Assembly (NCBI GenBank): GCA_044346705.1
Contig: JBIIYP010000019.1
Span: forward strand, 2,369-66,368
Length of the DNA: 64,000 bases
Source: Flavobacteriales bacterium
Lineage (GTDB): Bacteria > Bacteroidota > Bacteroidia > Flavobacteriales_F > PHOS-HE28
Reading direction: 5' to 3'
Both the position numbers and the translations under genes were made by a program. A model generated the notes under the pieces. That model worked only from the letters and a program-made list of their open reading frames with translations. It searched no databases and was not told the origin of the DNA. Within the stretch, counting starts at the first letter, position 1, and each line of letters opens with the position of its first letter. Below, one piece after another: positions 50,723 to 60,358 of this stretch.

Positions 50723-50730
50723 CCGGAGCT

Positions 50731-51672
50731 TCATTCCGTGATGCCGGCGGCGATCTGCTCCGGTGCGGCGTCGCTCACCACCTTGATGAAGATGTCGTGC
50801 ATGCGGGGTACTTCCTCCTGCACGCCATGCACCTCCACGCCGCTGATGAGCTGCCGCAGGAGCGCGTTCGGTGAGGCATCCTTGGCGAGGCGCACGCGGG
50901 CCACGCTCTGGTCCCCGCCTTCCTGGGTGTCCACCAGCTCGCCGGTGAAACCAAGGGCGTTGGCGAAGGCCACACGGGTGCCCTTGTACTCGATGCGGTA
51001 GGTGTTGGTGCCGTAGCGTTTGCGGATCTCCTTCACGTTGCCGTGCAGCATCACCTTGGCCTTGTCGATCAGGGCGATGTGATCGCAGAGCTCTTCCACG
51101 CTGGGCATGCTGTGGGTGCTGAGCATGATGGTGGTGCCTTCGTCGCGCAGGCGCAGGATCTCGCTGCGGATCAGCTCGGCGTTGATGGGGTCGAAACCGC
51201 TGAAGGGCTCGTCGAGGATCAGCAGCCGCGGCTCGTGCAGCACGGTGGTCACGAACTGCACCTTCTGGGCCATGCCCTTGCTCAGTTCCTCCACCTTTTT
51301 GTTCCACCAGGCGCCGATCTCCCAGCGCTCGAACCAGTCCTTCAGGCGCGTGGTGGCCTCGGCCTTGGACATGCCCTTGAGGCGTGCCAGGTAAATGGCC
51401 TGTTCGCCCACCTTCATCTTCTTGTAAAGCCCGCGCTCCTCGGGAAGGTAGCCCAGGTGAACGGCGTCCGCGTCGGTCATGGGCCGGCCATCGAGCAGCA
51501 CCCGCCCTTCATCCGGCCCGGTGATGCGGGTGATGATGCGGATGAGCGAGGTCTTGCCGGCGCCGTTCGGTCCCAACAGGCCGAAGACCTTGCCGGCCGG
51601 CACCTCCATGGATACGCCGTTCAGCGCGGTGAAGTCGCCGTAGCGCTTCACGATGTTCTCACAGGTCAGCAT
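50731..51672 (-). CDS. ABC transporter ATP-binding protein.
   Basis: Walker A GPNGAGKTS, signature LSKGMAQKV, Walker B LLILDEP, H-loop. Confidence 0.9.
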   Translation of the reverse strand: MLTCENIVKRYGDFTALNGVSMEVPAGKVFGLLGPNGAGKTSLIRIITRITGPDEGRVLLDGRPMTDADAVHLGYLPEERGLYKKMKVGEQAIYLARLKGMSKAEATTRLKDWFERWEIGAWWNKKVEELSKGMAQKVQFVTTVLHEPRLLILDEPFSGFDPINAELIRSEILRLRDEGTTIMLSTHSMPSVEELCDHIALIDKAKVMLHGNVKEIRKRYGTNTYRIEYKGTRVAFANALGFTGELVDTQEGGDQSVARVRLAKDASPNALLRQLISGVEVHGVQEEVPRMHDIFIKVVSDAAPEQIAAGITE

Positions 51673-51788
51673 GGGTCATGTACCGCCCTTCGGCGGCGGG
51701 ACGAAGGTATCCTGCCGGCCAAGGCAGCAAGAGCCACTGGTCAGGTCAGAGGACCATTCCCGTGATCGACAACGAGGACGGGTCCGAT

Positions 51789-52793
51789 TCAGGCGGCCGC
51801 TCGCACCGGGGCGTAGATCTCGCGGCGCCCGATCATGCGCTGTCTCTCGGAGTCCCAAACCTTCAGCCGCAGGCAACGCACCACGTCCCAAGGCCACAAG
51901 CTCGTGGTCTTGGCGTGCTGCAGCTCGGGGATGGCCTTGTGCACCTCGGGCAGGCGGTAGAAGGGGATGCGCGGGTTCAGATGGTGGATGTGGTGGTAGC
52001 CGATGTTGGCGAGGAACCAACGCATCACAGGGGTCATCTTCATGTGGCTGCTGCTCTCCAACGCCGCGCCGGTGTATGTCCAGCCATCCTTTTCGGCGAA
52101 GACCACGCCGGGGAAATTGTGCTGGGCGTAGAACAGGTAGGAGCCCAGGGCCAGCACCAGGAAGAAGGGCAGCATGAAGCCGAAGAGCAGTCCGGTGAAC
52201 CCGGCGGCGAAATAGATCGCCACGCCCAGGCCGAAGTGCACAACCATGGCCACAATGCTGTCCCAGTGGCGGTTGGTGCTGCTCACGATGGAGCGGATGC
52301 ACATGCCATAAAGGAACATGAAGATGTAACCGAAGCCGATGGTGATCGGGTGCCTCACGAACATGTACAAGGTGCGCTCGCTCCAGCTGCTGGCCAGGTA
52401 CTTCTCCTTGGAAACGATGGGGAAGGAGCCGATGCTGCTGGTGTAGAGCTTGCTGTTGTGCGCGTGGTGGTAATTGTGGCTGCGCTCCCAAATACTGATG
52501 GGGGCCAGCATGAACAGGCCGAACACGGCGAACAGGCCGCGCGCCAACTTGGAATGCTGGAGGATGCTGTGGTGCAGGTAGTCGTGGTAAATGACGAAGA
52601 AGCGACCGAGCGTGAGGGCGATCAGCACACTGCCCAGCGCTTTCAGCCAAAGCGGTTCAGCCATGAACACCACGAAATACCCCCCGGTCAGGACCACGAT
52701 GGTGGTGAACACATGCCACCAGCTCTTCCAGCGCACTTCGTGAGCGTACTGTCGGGTCGCCAGGATCAGGTCCTTTCCTTCGAGCATGGACAT
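51789..52793 (-). CDS. Membrane fatty-acid desaturase.
   Basis: Three histidine boxes HDYLHH, HNYHHAH and HHIHH, with 4 TM segments. Confidence 0.85.
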   Translation of the reverse strand: MSMLEGKDLILATRQYAHEVRWKSWWHVFTTIVVLTGGYFVVFMAEPLWLKALGSVLIALTLGRFFVIYHDYLHHSILQHSKLARGLFAVFGLFMLAPISIWERSHNYHHAHNSKLYTSSIGSFPIVSKEKYLASSWSERTLYMFVRHPITIGFGYIFMFLYGMCIRSIVSSTNRHWDSIVAMVVHFGLGVAIYFAAGFTGLLFGFMLPFFLVLALGSYLFYAQHNFPGVVFAEKDGWTYTGAALESSSHMKMTPVMRWFLANIGYHHIHHLNPRIPFYRLPEVHKAIPELQHAKTTSLWPWDVVRCLRLKVWDSERQRMIGRREIYAPVRAAA

Positions 52794-52857
52794 TGGGTTC
52801 GCAGGTTGAAGTTGAACGATAAGGTCTGTAAAGGTAACGCTGGGGGAACGGATAGGT

Positions 52858-53733
52858 TCACCCCCCTGATGGGCGCCGGTGTTTCCAACGGCGATGGGTC
52901 CACAACCAGATCTCCGGTCGGCGATGGATATCCTGCTCCAGGCGGCGGGTATGGATCTCGCTGATGGCGCCCTCAGCAAGGCCTGTGGGATCGGGTACCA
53001 GTTCCTCGAAGCGCATCAGGTAGTGTCCGCGGCGGGGACGATCGAGGCCGACATACACGATCGGGTATCCAAGCTTTGCCGCGATCTTCTCCGTTCCCCA
53101 GAAAACCGGCGTGTCCTGGTTCAGGAAGGTGGTCCAATAGGCCCGCTCGGGTGGTGGTGTCTGGTCCGCGATGAAGGCGGTGCAGGTGAGCTTGCCACGG
53201 TCACGTACCATGCATTTCATGGTTTCTGCCATGGGATACAGCCCGTTCCCGAGGCGGGTGCGCATGTGCACGATGAGCGCGTTGAACTTCCGGTGGTGCA
53301 GGGGATGGTAGATCACGTTCAGGCGATGCAGGCCCAACTGGCTGAACCGCGCTCCGGCCAGTTCCCAATTGCCCCAGTGCCCCATCACCAGGATGATGCT
53401 CCGGCCTTGGGCGTGGTAGTTCCGCAGCACCTGCTCGCCCTCCACATGCACGTGTTCCAATACAGCCGACCGGCTGATGGTCAAGGTCTTGAGCGTTTCC
53501 AAGGTGAGGTCGCAGAACCAGCGGTAGAAGTCGCGCTCGATGCGGTTCAATTCGGCGCGGCTCTTTTCCGGAAAGCTCTTCCGCAAGTTCTCGCGCACCA
53601 CGTAGCGCCGGTAGCGGATCACATGGTACAGCAGCACGAACACCACATCGCTCAGCATATAGAGCAAGGGGAACGGCAGCAGGCTGATGCTGTAAATGAA
53701 CGGAAGGGCCAGGTAGTAGGCCAGGGTACCCAT
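52858..53733 (-). CDS. Lipid A biosynthesis (KDO)2-lipid IVA acyltransferase (LpxL/HtrB family).
   Basis: N-terminal TM. Catalytic HWGNWE (HX4D/E-type) motif of the lysophospholipid/lipid A acyltransferase family. Confidence 0.7.
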   Translation of the reverse strand: MGTLAYYLALPFIYSISLLPFPLLYMLSDVVFVLLYHVIRYRRYVVRENLRKSFPEKSRAELNRIERDFYRWFCDLTLETLKTLTISRSAVLEHVHVEGEQVLRNYHAQGRSIILVMGHWGNWELAGARFSQLGLHRLNVIYHPLHHRKFNALIVHMRTRLGNGLYPMAETMKCMVRDRGKLTCTAFIADQTPPPERAYWTTFLNQDTPVFWGTEKIAAKLGYPIVYVGLDRPRRGHYLMRFEELVPDPTGLAEGAISEIHTRRLEQDIHRRPEIWLWTHRRWKHRRPSGG

Positions 53734-53762
53734 GTGCCCACGAAGATGCACCGATCATCGGA

Positions 53763-54278
53763 TCAGCCGGCGGCGGCGGCATGGCGCTGGCGGATCAGGC
53801 GCAAGCAGAAGCCGCTGAGGGCGAGGGCCAAAGGCAGTTGTTCAGGGGAAAGGCCGATACCCTTCACGGACACCAGATGGTCCAGGGTGAAGGTCTTCCA
53901 ATTGACGCGAGGGAGCAATTCCAGCAGCACGTGGTCCCCACCGATGCGCAGGACATGCGCGTTCTTCCAGAAACCCGATCGGGCGAACACCATCTCCACG
54001 GGCGTGTCCCCTGCTTGGAACAGCGTGATGCGCAGCGCCCCCCAGGGGCGGGTCACCACACTACCGGCCTCATGGCCATCGATCCGCACGACGAATTTCT
54101 GTTTCCAGAAGCCTGTGGCAAGGACCTCGACCTGCTGGCCGTTCACAGGTCCGTTCACGTCCTGCCGGAACCATTTTGGCTGAACGAATTGCGAGAGCGT
54201 GCTTCCCTGTGCATCGAGCACCGCGAAGCCGCGTGGCTGCCGTGTGGACCGGATCAGGAAGTGGTGCGCATCGACCAT
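53763..54278 (-). CDS. Hypothetical protein with an internal duplication (two GFWK-containing beta-rich halves).
   Basis: 171 aa. GFWKQKFVVRIDGHEAG and GFWKNAHVLRIGGDHVLLEL repeat halves. No signal peptide. Confidence 0.3.
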   Translation of the reverse strand: MVDAHHFLIRSTRQPRGFAVLDAQGSTLSQFVQPKWFRQDVNGPVNGQQVEVLATGFWKQKFVVRIDGHEAGSVVTRPWGALRITLFQAGDTPVEMVFARSGFWKNAHVLRIGGDHVLLELLPRVNWKTFTLDHLVSVKGIGLSPEQLPLALALSGFCLRLIRQRHAAAAG

Positions 54279-54374
54279 GGTGGCTGTAAAGTTGGCGGAT
54301 GGAGCAGCAAGTGACCCGGGTTTCGGATGAGCGGTGGCCGTGGCGCGCTGGCCGGTCCTGACAAGGCTCGGTCC

Positions 54375-55178
54375 ATGGAGCGGTGCCGCTCACGTACCTT
54401 GCCCAGTGTGTTAGCCAAGGAAGGATTCCGTGCGATCGTGGAGGAGGCGGGTTCGATCGCCCATTTCTCCGGTCGCTTCTTCGCACAGGCGTTCAGGCCC
54501 CGCTTCGAATGGAGCGAGTTCTTTCGTCAATGCCTGGTGAACGGGTACCGATCATTCCCCCTGGTCGCCATCACGGCGTTCATCATGGGCCTGGTGCTCA
54601 CGGTGCAGAGCCGGCCCACCCTGGAGAGCTTCGGTGCCGAGAGCATGCTGCCCTCCATGGTGGCCATCTCCGTGGTGCGCGAGATCGCCCCGGTGATCAC
54701 CGCCCTGATCTGCGCGGGAAAGATCGGGAGCAGCATGGGCGCCGAGCTGGGCAGTATGAAGGTGACCGAGCAGATCGACGCCATGGAGGTGAGCGGCACC
54801 AATCCGTTCAAGTACCTCGTGGTCACCCGCATCTGGAGCACCACGCTCATGGTTCCCGTGTTGGTGGTGCTGGCCGATGGCATCGCCATCTGGGCCTCCT
54901 GGATCGGTGTCAACATCAAGGACACGGTGAGCTGGGACCTGTTCTACCGCCAGGTGTTCGAGTCGCTTGAGTTCAGCGACTTCCTGCCGGCCTTCGTCAA
55001 AAGCTACTTCTTCGGGTTCGCCATCGGGCTGGTGGGCTGCTACAAGGGCTTCCATACGGAGAAGGGGACCGAGGGCGTGGGGCACGCGGCGCACTCCGCG
55101 GTGGTGGTGGCCTCCCTGGTGATCTTCCTCATCGACCTCGTGGCGGTGCAGTTCACCGATATCCTCGGCTTCAACTGA
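54375..55178 (+). CDS. mlaE: MlaE family phospholipid ABC transporter permease.
   Basis: Five TM helices. EIAPVITALICAGKIGSSMGAELGSMKVTEQIDAMEVSG is the conserved MlaE motif. Confidence 0.8.
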   Translation: MERCRSRTLPSVLAKEGFRAIVEEAGSIAHFSGRFFAQAFRPRFEWSEFFRQCLVNGYRSFPLVAITAFIMGLVLTVQSRPTLESFGAESMLPSMVAISVVREIAPVITALICAGKIGSSMGAELGSMKVTEQIDAMEVSGTNPFKYLVVTRIWSTTLMVPVLVVLADGIAIWASWIGVNIKDTVSWDLFYRQVFESLEFSDFLPAFVKSYFFGFAIGLVGCYKGFHTEKGTEGVGHAAHSAVVVASLVIFLIDLVAVQFTDILGFN

Positions 55179-55933
55179 TGGACGCGCTGCGCATCACGGA
55201 CGAGCATGTGATCGAGGTGCGCCACCTCCGAAAGGCTTTCGGTGCCAACCAGGTGCTGAACGACTTCAACCTCGACCTGCACCGCGGCGAGAACCTGATG
55301 GTGCTGGGCAAGAGCGGCAGCGGGAAGAGCGTGCTCATCAAGTGCATCGTGGGCCTGCTGGAACCGGACGCCGGTGGCATCTCGGTGCTGGGGCAGGATG
55401 TGCTCGCCCTGGACCACGAGGCGCTGGACCGCATGCGGGTGAAGATCGGTTTCCTCTTCCAGAGCAGTGCGCTGTACGACAGCATGACCGTGCAGGAGAA
55501 CCTGGAGTTCCCCCTGCGTCGGCACTGGATCGAGCGCGACCGGGTCAAGGTGGACGATCTCGTCACCGAGGTGCTGGAGGCCGTCGGTCTGCCGCACACA
55601 CGTGACATGTATCCCAGCGAGCTGAGCGGTGGCATGCGGCGGCGCATCGGCCTGGCGCGGACACTGATCCTGAAGCCCGAGATCGTGCTGTACGACGAGC
55701 CTACCACGGGACTGGATCCGATCACCGGGAAGGAGATCGTGGAGCTGATCCTCAAGTTGCAACGCACGTACAACACCAGCAGCATCATCATCTCGCACGA
55801 CCTCAACGTGGCCAAGCTGGCGGCCAACCGGATCATCGTGCTGGTGGACGGGAAGGACCATGCCGTGGGCACTTACGACGAACTTTACGCCAGCAACGAC
55901 CCGAAGGTGAAGCCGTTCTTCATCTTCATGTGA
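55178..55933 (+). CDS. mlaF: MlaF-like ABC transporter ATP-binding protein.
   Basis: Walker A GKSGSGKS, signature LSGGMRRRIGLAR, Walker B VLYDEP. Overlaps the mlaE stop (ATGA-type). Confidence 0.85.
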   Translation: MDALRITDEHVIEVRHLRKAFGANQVLNDFNLDLHRGENLMVLGKSGSGKSVLIKCIVGLLEPDAGGISVLGQDVLALDHEALDRMRVKIGFLFQSSALYDSMTVQENLEFPLRRHWIERDRVKVDDLVTEVLEAVGLPHTRDMYPSELSGGMRRRIGLARTLILKPEIVLYDEPTTGLDPITGKEIVELILKLQRTYNTSSIIISHDLNVAKLAANRIIVLVDGKDHAVGTYDELYASNDPKVKPFFIFM

Positions 55934-55934
55934 C

Positions 55935-56909
55935 ATGAGCAAGGAAAGCGGCAATTACATGCGATTGGGACTTTTCGTCCTGGCCGGCACGGCGGTGCTG
56001 ATCATCGGACTCTACCTGCTGGGCAGCAAGCGGAACCTGTTCAGCAAGAGCGTCACGATCTCCGCTACCTTCCATGAGGTGGGTGGACTTCGTCCCGGCA
56101 ACAACGTGAGATACGCCGGCATCAATGTGGGCACGGTGCAGGCCATCACCATCGTGAACGACACGGTCGTGCTGGTGGAGATGGCGATCCGGACGGACCA
56201 GGCCACGCACATCCGTGCGAGCGCGGTCGCTTCCATCGGGTCCGATGGACTGATGGGCAACAAGTTGGTGAGCATCGATGCCGGTCCCGGCGATGGCGCT
56301 CCCATTGCCGATGGCACCGTGCTGTCCACCCGCGAGGCGTTGAACACCGACCTGATGATGCGCACCCTGGAGCGCACCAACGACAACCTGGCGATGATCA
56401 CCACCGACCTGGCCCAGCTGAGCCGGCGGCTCAACGATCCGGACAACGTCATCGGCATGCTCGCTGACACCTCGCTCGCCCTTTCGCTCCGGCAGGCACT
56501 GTACGACTTGCAAGCCAGTGCGGGCAACGCCTATGCGCTCACGGCCGGGGTGAACAGCCTGGTGCTCGGTGCCCAGCATGGTGAGGGTGCGCTGGGCGTG
56601 CTCATCAGCGACCAGGGAGCGGAGCAGGACATGCGGCGCATGCTCGGCGATCTGCGCATGGCCGCCGATACCCTGGGCATCGCCATCGGCCGCATCAGCG
56701 ATTTCTCGCGCTCGCTGGATGAGGGTCCCGGCCTGGCCCACGCCGTGGTGCGCGACTCGGTGATGGCGAACGACGTGCGCCGCATGATCTCGCGCCTCGA
56801 CACCAGCACCGTGCTGCTCAACGAGGACCTCAAGGCGCTCCAGAGCAACTGGTTCTTCCGCCGCTACTTCAAGGACCAGGAGAAGGCCGCGCGCAAGGAA
56901 CTGAAGTAG
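55935..56909 (+). CDS. mlaD: MlaD / MCE-domain protein.
   Basis: N-terminal TM, then an MCE fold (VRYAGINVGTVQAI ...) and a long helical C-terminus. Confidence 0.75.
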   Translation: MSKESGNYMRLGLFVLAGTAVLIIGLYLLGSKRNLFSKSVTISATFHEVGGLRPGNNVRYAGINVGTVQAITIVNDTVVLVEMAIRTDQATHIRASAVASIGSDGLMGNKLVSIDAGPGDGAPIADGTVLSTREALNTDLMMRTLERTNDNLAMITTDLAQLSRRLNDPDNVIGMLADTSLALSLRQALYDLQASAGNAYALTAGVNSLVLGAQHGEGALGVLISDQGAEQDMRRMLGDLRMAADTLGIAIGRISDFSRSLDEGPGLAHAVVRDSVMANDVRRMISRLDTSTVLLNEDLKALQSNWFFRRYFKDQEKAARKELK

Positions 56910-56912
56910 GGT

Positions 56913-59225
56913 CTACCGGTACCGCCCGATGAAGTCCTCGTAGAGCGTGCACTCCACGATGCCTTCATAGGCTTCACGTTCGGGTCCCTTGTGCAGCTCT
57001 TTCAGCAGCCGGTTGCGCCGATGCGCTTCCTGCGGGTCGCGCGGGTGGTCGCAGAACGCGGCCATGTAGCACGCCAGCGCCTTCAATGCCGGGTCCTTCG
57101 CCTGCCGCATCGCCTTCAGGTAGTAGGGTTTCGCACGTGCCAGGCCGTAGTAGTGCGCCTTGAACGCGGCGCTCTTCCCATCGGTGAAGATCTCCTCGTC
57201 GCTGCTCCACGCCACATCGCACATGATCCAGTACTTGCCGTGCCAGCTCATGTTGAAATAGGCGTTGCCGAGCAGGTAGTTGTCCAACGCGGCCTTCGCC
57301 GGGTCGGTCGCCGCCTCGCGTTTCAGCCGAAGGATCTCGGCCAGGTAAGTACGCTTGGAGAAGAAGCGCCGGTCCTGCTTCGCACCGTTGTGCAGGTCGC
57401 TCACGTTCACGCGGAACGGGTCTTCCTTCGCGAAGAGCGTGTAAGGGAAGGTCATCCAGAAACTGTCGGGCACCTGTTCGAGGGTGGCGATAGCTTCTTC
57501 CAGGCGGTCGTGGTTCACGTACCACATGCTCTTGTAGTCGAGCAGTTTCTCGCGCCGGATGGGCAGGCTTTCCGCGCTCCAGTCACCCGTGGCCTGCCAC
57601 ACCTTGCCGCCGGTCAGCCAGCTTTCGAACGGTGTCTTGTGCGGCTTGTCGAGCAACGCGATCATGCGGTCGATATCGGCCGGTGAACCCTTCTCGAGCA
57701 ACTCGAGGTAGGGCGTCTTGGTGTTCCAATAAGTATCACCGTAGGCCCTGTCCGTATGGCTGAGCATGTAGATGCCCCGGGCCACGTCCCCGTTCTCCAT
57801 CAGGCGGCGTGCGATGTACAGGTGCAGCTGGTCGCGCATCACCCGGCCGGCCAGCACATCGTCACCGGTGTCGAGGGCGCGGTCCACGGTCATGATGGCC
57901 TGCTCGATGGCCGCATCGAGTTTCGGCGTGCGGGCGAAATGAAGCAGCACCCGTTCCATGGCGAGCTGTGCGGCAAGGTGTGAGCGTTGCTTCACCGGCA
58001 ACCCTTCGGCTTGGGCCAGGTGCTCCTCCGCATCATCCAGGTTGCCGGTCACGAACGAAAGGTGCGCGGCGATAAGCTCCAGGGTGGCGCGTTGCTCGGG
58101 TGCGCAGTCCTTGAGGGCGGTGTGCAGGAAGCGGTGCAGCTCCTGGGCGTAGGCGAGGTCAACGGACCTGGCGATCTGCGGTGGGCGGGGCTCATCGTAT
58201 TTCAGGGACCACCATTCACTCCGGCTGGCCGGCAGGTATTCGGTGAGCACGGGGGTCATCAGCCAGTCCTCCACCTTGTTCACCTCGCGCACCAGCAGGA
58301 AGGGCAGGAAGCTGTTCGTGGGGTCGAGCGATTGGATCCCTTCAAGCTGCTTGAGGGCTCGGCCCCGCCGGTGGATGGCGGACAGCACCGCGATCACCGC
58401 GCGCTCGTGATCGGTACGGGCGAGCGCAAGGATCGCGTCCAGGCTGTCCTTCGGGAACAATGAAACGATGCGGGACCGCTTGTCGAGACCCTCGTCGAAC
58501 ACGCGGCTCAAGGCGTAGAGGCGGACCGGTCCATCGGCCATTCGCTCGGCCACGTAGTAGCGTGCCGAGGCGTCGATCCAGCTGGTCTTCGCGTAGGGCA
58601 TGACCCGCTTGCTGTACAACGCCTGCAGGGTGTCGGCGCTCAACCATCCGCCGTAGTACTCCAGCCGGATGAGCTGGTAGCCGATGCGCCCTTTCAGGAA
58701 GTCGCTCGGTGCTTTCGCCCAAAGCGCGTGGCCGAACGCTTGTGCGCGGGCGATGCCGTCCATGTCCCAGCCATCGAGCCGCCAGGGATCGTCGTAGTTG
58801 ACGAGCTTCTCACATCGGCGCGCATAGCGCAGGTAAGCCAGGGCGAGGGTGTCGCGTTCGGCCAGGTGCTTCACGAAGGCGTTCTCATTCCGCAGCCGGT
58901 CGAAGTCGTCCCAGAAGGTCATGGGGTCCAGTCCGTACAGCGCTTCCTCGATGTCCTTCAGTGGAACGGCCACGCCCACGTAGGCCTGCCATTCGGCCAC
59001 GTTGCGGCGCTGCCCCGGCCGCTGGCTCGCGTCGTAGGTGATCTCGCTCTCGAAGAGCGCGTTGGTGGTGAAGTAGTAGGGGCTCAGCTCATGGAAGCCG
59101 GCCACCTCCGGGCGCAGCAGGAACACGCGGTACTGGCCCTCGTGGACGAAGAAGCCGCAGGCCACGGCCACAGTGTGCCACAACGCCAGCAGCGCACTAG
59201 CGGAAAGCCTCCCAGGCGTGTTCAT
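56913..59225 (-). CDS. Large hypothetical lipoprotein-like protein (~770 aa).
   Basis: Signal peptide with a lipobox-like LALWHTVAVAC. Helical/TPR-like composition. No catalytic motif recognised. Confidence 0.45.
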   Translation of the reverse strand: MNTPGRLSASALLALWHTVAVACGFFVHEGQYRVFLLRPEVAGFHELSPYYFTTNALFESEITYDASQRPGQRRNVAEWQAYVGVAVPLKDIEEALYGLDPMTFWDDFDRLRNENAFVKHLAERDTLALAYLRYARRCEKLVNYDDPWRLDGWDMDGIARAQAFGHALWAKAPSDFLKGRIGYQLIRLEYYGGWLSADTLQALYSKRVMPYAKTSWIDASARYYVAERMADGPVRLYALSRVFDEGLDKRSRIVSLFPKDSLDAILALARTDHERAVIAVLSAIHRRGRALKQLEGIQSLDPTNSFLPFLLVREVNKVEDWLMTPVLTEYLPASRSEWWSLKYDEPRPPQIARSVDLAYAQELHRFLHTALKDCAPEQRATLELIAAHLSFVTGNLDDAEEHLAQAEGLPVKQRSHLAAQLAMERVLLHFARTPKLDAAIEQAIMTVDRALDTGDDVLAGRVMRDQLHLYIARRLMENGDVARGIYMLSHTDRAYGDTYWNTKTPYLELLEKGSPADIDRMIALLDKPHKTPFESWLTGGKVWQATGDWSAESLPIRREKLLDYKSMWYVNHDRLEEAIATLEQVPDSFWMTFPYTLFAKEDPFRVNVSDLHNGAKQDRRFFSKRTYLAEILRLKREAATDPAKAALDNYLLGNAYFNMSWHGKYWIMCDVAWSSDEEIFTDGKSAAFKAHYYGLARAKPYYLKAMRQAKDPALKALACYMAAFCDHPRDPQEAHRRNRLLKELHKGPEREAYEGIVECTLYEDFIGRYR

Positions 59226-60252
59226 AGGTGGTGTGGGTGATGCCTCTGCGCGGACCATCGGGCAGGTCGAAGAAGGCCACGCGCACGGTGTCGTTGTTCA
59301 CGGCTGTTCGTGCTAGCTGCACCGCCTGCGCGATGGTGGTGCTGTCCATGCGTTCGGGTTTCAGCTGATCGCCGATGTGCAGGGCTTCGCCCCACCAGAT
59401 CTCGGTCTCCTGCTGCACGGTGAAGATGCCGTCGGGTCCGCGCTTGAACTGATCGAGCGTATCGATCCCGTCCACCAGGTCGCCGTTCTCGATCCGTACG
59501 AAGCGGCCGTTGCGGTAGTGGACCAGCCAGCTGTAGGCCGGCAGCGCTACATCCAACGGTAGTGGATAGTGATCGGCCCCGCTGAGGTAGGGCTTCGCAG
59601 CCTCCTCGTTGAAGATCGAATTTCGCGGTCCGTAGGTCTTCACGTCCTCCACGTTGTACAGCATCAGCATGCCGCGGTCCACGGGTGGTACGCCGGTGCC
59701 CTCGGGGTCCTTGAACTGGTGCAGCCGCACCGTGGCGCTGAGCCGTCGGTTCAGCCGTGTGCGCATCAGGCGCAGGAAGGCGAAGTAGTTGTCCTTGGAG
59801 CGTGCGGTCCAATCGCAGTCGAACTGGACCTCGTTGTAGGACAGGCCGCACAGCTGCACGAGCTTGCGCTGGAGCTTGTCCGCGAACACACGGAGCTGTG
59901 CGGTATCGCACTTCAGCATGGTGCGGTTGGTGATGAAGACGACGGGCACGAGCTCCACGTCCTTCATTCGCTCATGACGCTCACCACCGTGCCCCCACTC
60001 GTTCTTCTGGAACGGTGATCGCACCATGCTCACGGGGTGCGCTTCATTGGCCTCGTTCCAGTCGATGTCGAGCGCTTTCCACAGGAGCAGTTGCACGCCG
60101 TGCGTATCCACGAATTGTTCCTGTGCATCGTACAGCCATTCGGTGTTGCTCCAGTGGTACACCCCGCGCACCACCACCTCAGGTCGATGCGGGGCCTGCG
60201 AACAGGCGACCAGGACCACGGCGAGGAGGAAGAGGAGGGGGCGCACGGACAT
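59197..60252 (-). CDS. Hypothetical lipoprotein (~351 aa), co-transcribed with the downstream 770-aa gene.
   Basis: Signal peptide and lipobox MSVRPLLFLLAVVLVAC. Its 3' end overlaps the start of the next gene by 29 nt. Confidence 0.45.
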   Translation of the reverse strand: MSVRPLLFLLAVVLVACSQAPHRPEVVVRGVYHWSNTEWLYDAQEQFVDTHGVQLLLWKALDIDWNEANEAHPVSMVRSPFQKNEWGHGGERHERMKDVELVPVVFITNRTMLKCDTAQLRVFADKLQRKLVQLCGLSYNEVQFDCDWTARSKDNYFAFLRLMRTRLNRRLSATVRLHQFKDPEGTGVPPVDRGMLMLYNVEDVKTYGPRNSIFNEEAAKPYLSGADHYPLPLDVALPAYSWLVHYRNGRFVRIENGDLVDGIDTLDQFKRGPDGIFTVQQETEIWWGEALHIGDQLKPERMDSTTIAQAVQLARTAVNNDTVRVAFFDLPDGPRRGITHTTYEHAWEAFR

Positions 60253-60358
60253 AGGACCGATGAAGCCAGGAACGAAGGAAGATGAGGTGAAGGTATGGGC
60301 ACAACGCAAAGCGCCCCGCCGGTGAAGGCGGGGCGCTTGCAGAAGTGTCGCTCGGCGT

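Noticed and set aside
51678-52964. Plus-strand 428-aa ORF and the 51676..52650 minus-strand alternative frame.
   Set aside because: They overlap the fatty-acid desaturase gene, which has the three canonical His boxes. They are artefacts of GC richness.
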